This document shows positions 26,022 through 32,000 of a stretch of DNA of 32,000 bases, piece after piece. Position 1 is the first letter of the stretch. Each line of letters begins with the position of its first letter. Origin of the DNA: Coprobacillaceae bacterium (GTDB lineage Bacteria > Bacillota_I > Bacilli_A > Erysipelotrichales > Coprobacillaceae). Made by a program: the position numbers and the translations under genes. The notes beneath the pieces were generated by a model. That model ran no database searches. It was not told the origin of the DNA and saw only the letters and a program-made list of their open reading frames with translations. The stretch lies in contig OY776328.1 in NCBI GenBank assembly GCA_963675515.1, positions 1,560,001-1,592,000 on the forward strand, read 5' to 3'.

Positions 26022-26687
26022 TCATTCAATGGCTGATATTGCTCAATCATTAAAAGTTCCACCTGATTAGAATTACCGAAATCAAGTTGCTTAATGCCTG
26101 AAAAGATTGTAATTACTGGAAACAAGCCTGGGAATTGAGGCGGAAACGCAGTCGATGTTTTTAATCAAAACATGTTCATGCTATGGGTTTTGCTCCCTGA
26201 TTTAACCCTGAATTAGTATGATTGTTCAAATTGCAATGACTTTCTTATCGGCGTAGTTATTAAAAACATGACTCCGGATATGTAATAGTGGTTTTTTAGG
26301 CTTTGAATGTGAATTGCTGTATTGAACAATCAGTGAGTTCAAAACTTTATACGGACTGGTAGTCTACGTATAGTCCGGGCGCGAAATCTTTCAGTGGTAA
26401 CCTGAATTCCGGTATTTAATCAAGCGGTCTTCAACACAAGCCTTGAAGATTCTACGCCGGCATGATTGTGGATTAATTATGGGAATGCTGTGGGAAATAT
26501 GTTGACATTACCAAGTTGCACTTGTTATCATGTTGTTTATAGGCCTGAATGTCGATCTGAAAGATTCAATTGGCATTGTGTGGCACATTGTGGTTTTGGT
26601 TGGATAGCCCCTATGATCAGGTGAAAAGATCCAGGGCGTTGTTTATGCCATTTTTTTGATTTCCTGGGGAGATGGAGATATTTTTTG

Positions 26688-27482
26688 ATGAGAAATTATT
26701 TGAGTGAATTTGGACAATATGAAAACTTCATTTCATTGGGGTACTTCTGCGGGGTCGCCGAAGATCTCGAGGAGCTGGGGTTGCGCGACGCATCCTCACC
26801 GTTTGACTGGACAATCACCAGCTTCATGGGGGTGATCAGGGCAATGGAAACAAGCTTTGAGGGTTTTATGGAACGTGACAATATGATCCAGAATGTCAAG
26901 CTAAGACAATGTTACATGGATGTCAGGTACGGGATAGTGTTCTATCATGATTTTTCCAAGTACCGGACCATGGAATCACAGTATGATGAAGTAAGGGAAA
27001 AATACCAGAGACGGATAACCAGGTTCTTGAAACGGATTGAAGCGCCGACGCTGTTTTTCAGGTACATTTCCAATGAGGATCATGACGGTACGGGCAGATC
27101 GATCGAGCTCAAATGGATTGAAGAGAACAATGATTATATCAATGGTGTTATAAAAAAGCATAATCCAGCGAACCGGATAATCTACCTTGGTGATGAGAAT
27201 ACCCGATCGGATGTCATCGAAATTTACCACGTCGCTCCCAAGGGTGACGATTGCGTTTCCAGAAAACCGATAATAAACAATGAGGAACTTAAGGACATAA
27301 TCCCTTGGCTGGATCTTCCAGGAAAAAAGAAGAATGTCGAACGGTTCGAAAAGAAGCAAAAAAGCAGGAATCAAATTGTTTCGAAGTGCAAAAGGAAGCT
27401 TGAAGAACTTTACCATGAACGCTTCACCAAAGTCATCATCCATGACAGGGAATATGACAGGTTTGACCGCTTTGGTGGATGA
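26688..27482 (+). CDS. DUF1796-like protein (putative papain-like cysteine peptidase family)
   Basis: 264 aa. N-terminal FISLGYFCGVAEDLEELGLRDASSPFDWTITS fits the DUF1796 signature (SLG..C......gLR..s.PFDW) from memory. Confidence 0.55.
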   Translation: MRNYLSEFGQYENFISLGYFCGVAEDLEELGLRDASSPFDWTITSFMGVIRAMETSFEGFMERDNMIQNVKLRQCYMDVRYGIVFYHDFSKYRTMESQYDEVREKYQRRITRFLKRIEAPTLFFRYISNEDHDGTGRSIELKWIEENNDYINGVIKKHNPANRIIYLGDENTRSDVIEIYHVAPKGDDCVSRKPIINNEELKDIIPWLDLPGKKKNVERFEKKQKSRNQIVSKCKRKLEELYHERFTKVIIHDREYDRFDRFGG

Positions 27483-27582
27483 CCGGTTAAAAAAGTTGGC
27501 TTAGGCAATAGCTTCTGCCATGGAGGAATTGTTGAATTGTTTCAGGACAGTCAAGTTTACCAATGTAAAGCGGGGATAGCCA

Positions 27583-28119
27583 ATGGATAATGAGAAGCTA
27601 AGCAGATTTCTAAGCATGGTTTTGCGCCATAGACCAGACAAGATTGGAATTGCCCTTGACAAGTCGGGCTGGGCGGATATCGAAAAGCTGATAAAAGGTG
27701 TCAGCAGCTTCCATTACCTGGATCGAACCATACTTGATGAGATCGTGAAAAGCGATGAACAGCGGCGTTTTTCTTATGACGATTCCAAAAAGAAGATCCG
27801 CGCCAATTACGGCCACTCGGTTGACTGGGAGCCGGACTGTTATGTCGAACCGCCTGATGTCCTGTGGCATGGCAGCGCGACCAAGTACGAAAAGTCAATA
27901 GACTGCGAAGGGCTGAAGGCCAAAAGCCGGCGATACGTCCACCTGTTTGATACGGTTGAAAAGGCGACAATGGTGGGAGGGCGCCATGGCGAACTGGTGC
28001 TCTACAGAATCGATGCCAAGAAAATGAAGGAAGACGGGCATCAATTTGTACAGCCGGTGGCCGGGGTCTACCTTACCAGATCTGTTCCTGGAGAGTACAT
28101 CGAAAAGATGGAAAAATGA
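27583..28119 (+). CDS. kptA: RNA 2'-phosphotransferase (Tpt1/KptA family)
   Basis: 178 aa. LSMVLRHRPDKIGIALDKSGWADI, RANYGHSV, LWHGS and RYVHLF cover the conserved R-H-R-R catalytic contexts of Tpt1/KptA. Confidence 0.9.
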   Translation: MDNEKLSRFLSMVLRHRPDKIGIALDKSGWADIEKLIKGVSSFHYLDRTILDEIVKSDEQRRFSYDDSKKKIRANYGHSVDWEPDCYVEPPDVLWHGSATKYEKSIDCEGLKAKSRRYVHLFDTVEKATMVGGRHGELVLYRIDAKKMKEDGHQFVQPVAGVYLTRSVPGEYIEKMEK

Positions 28120-28209
28120 TCTTGCTGAATTCTTTGGTGTTTTCAGGGCTGATTTGACTTCAATCAAGATTCACAACGGCTCTGGCAAAAAGCACTAATA
28201 TCATGTATG

Positions 28210-28243
28210 AAAAAAGGGTAAACTTGTCAAGAAGTTTACCCTT
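28210..28243 (-). terminator. Rho-independent terminator of deacetylase paralog 1
   Basis: Perfect 12-bp stem AAGGGTAAACTT / AAGTTTACCCTT with a 6-nt loop. T6 follows on the minus strand. Confidence 0.8.
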
Positions 28244-28298
28244 TGAGCTTGCTGTGCCATCAGGTTGATCTGAAGGTTGAAACCGCAGCAGTTTCGAC

Positions 28299-29441
28299 TT
28301 AACCTTTTGGAGCAAGGTAAATCTCAATCGCTTCCATCCGTAATGCCTGTCCGGTTGTTCCGGCAATTGCGCCGTTTTTTACCCAGTCCAACCAGCCGTA
28401 GTGCTGGATATGGACGCGATAGATGACATCGTATTGGGAAGCCAGGGTTCCGGTAAGGGAAATCTGGATTGCTTCCATCCGCTTATACAGACCGGTTGTT
28501 CCAGCTATCTGTCCGTTAGATACATAGGACTGCCAACCGTATGTTTGGACATGGGCCCGGTAGGTTATGCCTCCGTTGGACGTGTCGCTTAGCGCCAGTG
28601 TCAGTGCCTCCATCCGTTTATACAGACCGGTAGTTCCGGCTGTCTGCCCATCGGATACATAGGGTAGCCAGCCATATGTTTGCACATGGGCGTTGTAGCT
28701 TAATGATAGGTCAGTAGTGCTTGGTGGGGTTGAAGAACCCGAGTCATCTCCCAGCAGTTGTGGAATTGTGACGAACGAATATCCCTGAGCCTGCAAAGTG
28801 GAGATTATCGTTGGCAAGGCGAATTGGGTGTTTACCGCACCTCCGCCGGTATGCATCAGGATGATGGCTCCAGGTGAGACATTGTTGATCGCATTGGCGG
28901 CAATCTGTTGTGCCGAGATGCCGTTGTAGTCCTCAGTGTCGATTGTCCACATGATTGCTTTGGTGTAACCGGCATCCCCAGCCACTTGGAGCACGCTGGA
29001 GTTGTAGTCGCCATACGGTGGTCTAAAATACGGCATTGATGCCTGCCCGGTGACGCTTTGGATTATGCTGTCGGTAGTCTGGAGCTGGTAGAGTATCTCC
29101 GCTTCGCTAAGCTGGGTCATGTACGGGTGGGAATAGGAATGGTTGCCGATAAAATTTCCCGAATCGTAAATCTGTTTTACCAGATCGGGATTATATTCGA
29201 TTGACTGTCCCAAAAAAAAGAACGAGGCATTCACGCCATAGCTGTTAAGTATCGACAGCATCGCCGCAGCTTCATCGCCAGCGAAATCATCAAAGGTCAA
29301 AGCGACAACCTTTTCACTTGTCGATCCGCCGGTGATGATCTGGCTTGACGCAGCTTCAACCGGTACAATGAATGAAGAAATGATCATGAAAATCGTGATG
29401 AAAGACGTTAATATTACCTTTATTGTTTTTCTCTTGTTCAT
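28299..29441 (-). CDS. Secreted polysaccharide deacetylase (CE4/NodB) with 3 C-terminal ChW repeats
   Basis: 380 aa from the ATG at 29441 after AAAGAGGTGA. Signal peptide MNKRKTIKVILTSFITIFMIISSFIVPVEA. CE4 motifs TFDD, HSYSHP, RPPYG, LMHTG. Three repeats of the Y.AHVQ.YGW...V..G..AGTTG...R(M)EA type. Confidence 0.9.
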   Translation of the reverse strand: MNKRKTIKVILTSFITIFMIISSFIVPVEAASSQIITGGSTSEKVVALTFDDFAGDEAAAMLSILNSYGVNASFFFLGQSIEYNPDLVKQIYDSGNFIGNHSYSHPYMTQLSEAEILYQLQTTDSIIQSVTGQASMPYFRPPYGDYNSSVLQVAGDAGYTKAIMWTIDTEDYNGISAQQIAANAINNVSPGAIILMHTGGGAVNTQFALPTIISTLQAQGYSFVTIPQLLGDDSGSSTPPSTTDLSLSYNAHVQTYGWLPYVSDGQTAGTTGLYKRMEALTLALSDTSNGGITYRAHVQTYGWQSYVSNGQIAGTTGLYKRMEAIQISLTGTLASQYDVIYRVHIQHYGWLDWVKNGAIAGTTGQALRMEAIEIYLAPKG

Positions 29442-29727
29442 TATTATCACCTCTTTAAGGTAAGAACTAACGCAACTGGTAGAACTGATAAAAATATTGA
29501 ATGACCGTTGCCTGGCCCAGCTATTCTTGGATGGCTTTTTCATGATTGGTTCATTCTTCACTTCCTGATCCGCCTTATCCAAGTTCTTTTCGGGCGTCGA
29601 AGTTCAACTAAACTTCAGCTTTTTTGGACATTCTTGAATTGTACCACACTTTTTCCCCTTTTACTCCTTTCCTGTGGATAAAAATATAAACTGTTCTATA
29701 TGTATATTATACTCTAAATTGCAGGTA

Positions 29728-29769
29728 ATAATTGAAAAAACTTGAATTTATCGGTGTTTTTTCAATTAT
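29728..29769. repeat. 14-bp perfect inverted repeat (AT-rich hairpin or operator) between the two paralogs
   Basis: ATAATTGAAAAAAC (29728-29741) and GTTTTTTCAATTAT (29756-29769), separated by 14 nt. Confidence 0.6.
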
Positions 29770-29952
29770 GAAAAATGATTTTCCTTGTTGCACTGTTGAG
29801 AATAAATGTTTTGAAATCCTATTTGATGACAAAAGCTGATTCAAAAAAATTCAATCCATTGTTCATAGAGATTGGTGAAAAGTGGCATGTAAAACTACTT
29901 TCCATCGAAATCAATTACTCCAAAACTTCATGCTAAGGAAGTCAAATAGTTT

Positions 29953-29976
29953 GGGCAGACTCTTTTGAGTCTGCCC
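29953..29976 (-). terminator. Hairpin downstream of deacetylase paralog 2 (possible terminator)
   Basis: Perfect 10-bp GC-rich stem GGGCAGACTC / GAGTCTGCCC with a TTTT loop, 20 nt after the stop. The minus-strand tail AAACTATTT is only weakly T-rich. Confidence 0.5.
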
Positions 29977-29995
29977 TAGGGGTTGTTGAAGGATA

Positions 29996-31804
29996 TCAGA
30001 TTGACTTGAATGCTGTTGTTGTATTTGTGGAAACAGTTCCTTTTGGAACAAGCCGGATTTCAATTGCTTCCATCCGGTAACCATAGCCTTCGCTTCCGGC
30101 GCTTTCACCGTTTTTCGCCCAGTCAAGCCAGCCGAAGTGTTGAACGTGCACCCGGTAGATGACATCGTATTGGTTTGCGATATCACCGGTAAGGGCGATC
30201 TGGATGGCTTCAAGGCGCAAACCTGAACCGGTTGTTCCGGAGATTTGACCATTGCTCTTCCATGTGGTTTCCCATCCGATAGATTGGATATGGGTTCGAT
30301 AAGTAATACCGCTGCTTGCCACGTTGACATCTGCAAGACTGCTCAGATTGATCAGTGACAATGTCAATGCTTCAAGCCGTTTTCCCTCACCGATAGTCCC
30401 GGCAACGCCGGAATCATAACGGTATGATTGCCAACCGATAGATTGGACATGGGCCGCATATTGAAGATTTCTTGTGACAAATGAATTTGGCCCGGTCGAG
30501 TAAGCGCCTTTTGGTACTATTCTCACTTCGATGGCTTCCATCCGGTAGCCATAGCTTGCGGTTCCGGAACTTTCACCGTTCTTCGCCCAGCTCAGCCAGC
30601 CTAAATTTTCTACGTATGCTCTGTAGACGACATCGAAATTAGAAGCCAATTCACCAGTAAGGCGGATCTGGATTGCTTCCATCCGTTTTGCCAGACCGGT
30701 TGTTCCGGTAATCTGATCATCGGATACCCAGGCTTGCCAGCCATAAGTTTGGACATGGGAACGATATTCAATAGTTCCACTATAGCTTCCTGGGTCAATA
30801 TTTACTTTAAGTGCTTCAATCCGTTTTGCCAGACCGGTTGTTCCAGCCGCGGTTCCTTCGCTTACATAAGGCTGCCATCCAAATGATTGGACATGGGTGC
30901 TGTAGCTTAAAGTTGGAACAGTGGTTGTAACTACCGGATCAGGGTCGACAACCGGATCAGGATCGACAACCGGATCGGGATCGACAACCGGATCGGGATC
31001 GACAACCGGATCAGGATCGACAACCGGATCGGGATCGACAACCGGATCAGGATCGACAACCGGATCGGGATCGACAACCGGATCAGGATCGACAACCGGA
31101 TCAGGATCTACCCCAAGAAGTTGGGGAACGGTCACGAATGAGTAGCCTTGTGCTTGCAAGGTTTCGATTATAATAGGCAGGGCGAATTGGGTGTTGACTG
31201 CGCTTCCGCCCGTATGGAGCAAGATAATTCCTCCAGGAGCTATATTGTCGACCACATTGGAAACTATCTCTTCGGTTGAGATGCCGTTATAGTCGTATGA
31301 ATCCACTGTCCAGAGGATTGCCTTTGTAAAACCGGCATCTCCGGCCGCCTGCAATACTTCGGTGTCATAGTCTCCATAAGGTGGCCTGAAATATGGCATC
31401 GAATGTTGCCCGGTTACACTTTGGATAATTGCTTCTGTGTCTTCTAGTTGTTCTGTTATTTCAGCGTCACTTAGCTGCGATAGATACGGATGGGAGTAAG
31501 AATGGTTCCCGATGAAATTTCCTGCAGCGACAATGTCCTGGACTAGATCGGGATTGTCTTCTATGGATGAACCCAGGAAGAAAAACGAGGCATGGGCATT
31601 ATAGGTGTTCAATGTATTCAACATTGCCCGAGCTTCGTCCCCTGCGAAATCGTCAAATGTGATGGCGACAACTTTTTCAGTTGTGGAAATTCCAGTGACG
31701 ATATCGCTTTGAGCCGCATCTACTTGTTGTAAACCTGAACTCATGAGCATGAAAATTGTGACGAAAGACGTTAATATTACCTTAAATATTTTTCTTTTTC
31801 TCAT
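29996..31804 (-). CDS. Secreted polysaccharide deacetylase (CE4/NodB) with a (DPDPVV)x10 linker and 6 ChW repeats
   Basis: 602 aa from the ATG at 31804 after AAAGAGGTGA. Signal peptide MRKRKIFKVILTSFVTIFMLMSSGLQQVDA. Same CE4 motifs as the neighbour. Six ChW-type repeats. Confidence 0.9.
   Translation of the reverse strand: MRKRKIFKVILTSFVTIFMLMSSGLQQVDAAQSDIVTGISTTEKVVAITFDDFAGDEARAMLNTLNTYNAHASFFFLGSSIEDNPDLVQDIVAAGNFIGNHSYSHPYLSQLSDAEITEQLEDTEAIIQSVTGQHSMPYFRPPYGDYDTEVLQAAGDAGFTKAILWTVDSYDYNGISTEEIVSNVVDNIAPGGIILLHTGGSAVNTQFALPIIIETLQAQGYSFVTVPQLLGVDPDPVVDPDPVVDPDPVVDPDPVVDPDPVVDPDPVVDPDPVVDPDPVVDPDPVVDPDPVVTTTVPTLSYSTHVQSFGWQPYVSEGTAAGTTGLAKRIEALKVNIDPGSYSGTIEYRSHVQTYGWQAWVSDDQITGTTGLAKRMEAIQIRLTGELASNFDVVYRAYVENLGWLSWAKNGESSGTASYGYRMEAIEVRIVPKGAYSTGPNSFVTRNLQYAAHVQSIGWQSYRYDSGVAGTIGEGKRLEALTLSLINLSSLADVNVASSGITYRTHIQSIGWETTWKSNGQISGTTGSGLRLEAIQIALTGDIANQYDVIYRVHVQHFGWLDWAKNGESAGSEGYGYRMEAIEIRLVPKGTVSTNTTTAFKSI
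30933..31112. repeat. 18-nt tandem repeat, 10 copies, coding (DPDPVV)n on the minus strand
   Basis: Unit ACCGGATCRGGRTCGACA in head-to-tail phase, varying only at R positions (synonymous third positions on the coding strand). The last unit is degenerate. Confidence 0.95.
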
Positions 31805-32000
31805 TATTATCACCTCTTTAAGATAAGAAATAACGCAATTGATATAAGGGATGCAGACAATATTTTCTGGCATCTCATGATAGATACGCCTGGATTGTAA
31901 CAGGCGATATGCCGGATCGCCCGTTATTGGATGGCGCCGGTTGAGTGATGTTTACCAAGTCCTACCTTGGTGACTTGAGTTGTTTAAAACTCTTTTAGTA

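Noticed and set aside
25943-26125. 60-aa minus-strand ORF.
   Set aside because: It runs through the operon terminator hairpin and has no RBS or recognisable motif.
30933-31112. Possible CRISPR array, because of regular short repeats.
   Set aside because: The units are contiguous with no spacers, the period is 18 nt, and they lie in frame within a coding sequence.
30921-31145. Plus-strand ORF encoding (TGSGST)x10.
   Set aside because: It is the antisense reading of the 18-nt tandem repeat that encodes the DPDPVV linker of the minus-strand deacetylase. It has no independent support.

Overview
Chromosomal segment from a Gram-positive, Bacillota-like organism. Support: Shine-Dalgarno-led genes, several PTS systems, a lipobox amidase, ChW repeats, and TGA used as a stop codon. 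The window is a mosaic of visibly GC-richer core blocks and AT-rich accessory islets (judged by eye, not computed). Order: (1) the 3' part of a Lac/Cel-family PTS EIIC. (2) An AT-rich accessory island at about 1.2-9.7 kb. It holds a membrane protein, a UvrD-type helicase tail remnant, a hyper-acidic small protein, an EcsC-like protein, a gene broken by an A7 frameshift plus an in-frame TAG, an orphan Phd/YefM antitoxin, a Zn-ribbon-YbjQ fusion, and an overlapping wHTH + nucleotidyltransferase (AbiE-like) pair. (3) A lipoprotein SH3b-SH3b-amidase_3 cell-wall hydrolase. (4) A DUF4230-like gene whose stop codon was hit by a precisely delimitable IS6-like element, followed by a 27-aa TM peptide, a P-loop GTPase with a DUF697-like tail, and transketolase. 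(5) A second AT-rich islet with a COG1373-type ATPase and a Phd/RelE module whose toxin is split by a 108-nt insert. (6) A LacI-controlled PTS operon: EIIBC, unknown, EIIA, AlsE-like epimerase, RpiB, unknown. (7) A DUF1796-like protein and KptA/Tpt1. (8) Two tandem paralogous secreted CE4 deacetylases with ChW repeats, one carrying a (DPDPVV)x10 linker. The best candidates for undescribed biology are the rare-sugar-type PTS operon with two uncharacterised enzymes, the DUF4230 / micro-peptide / GTPase-DUF697 / tkt unit, and the wHTH+NTase pair. All family names come from motif recognition by eye and need HMM confirmation.
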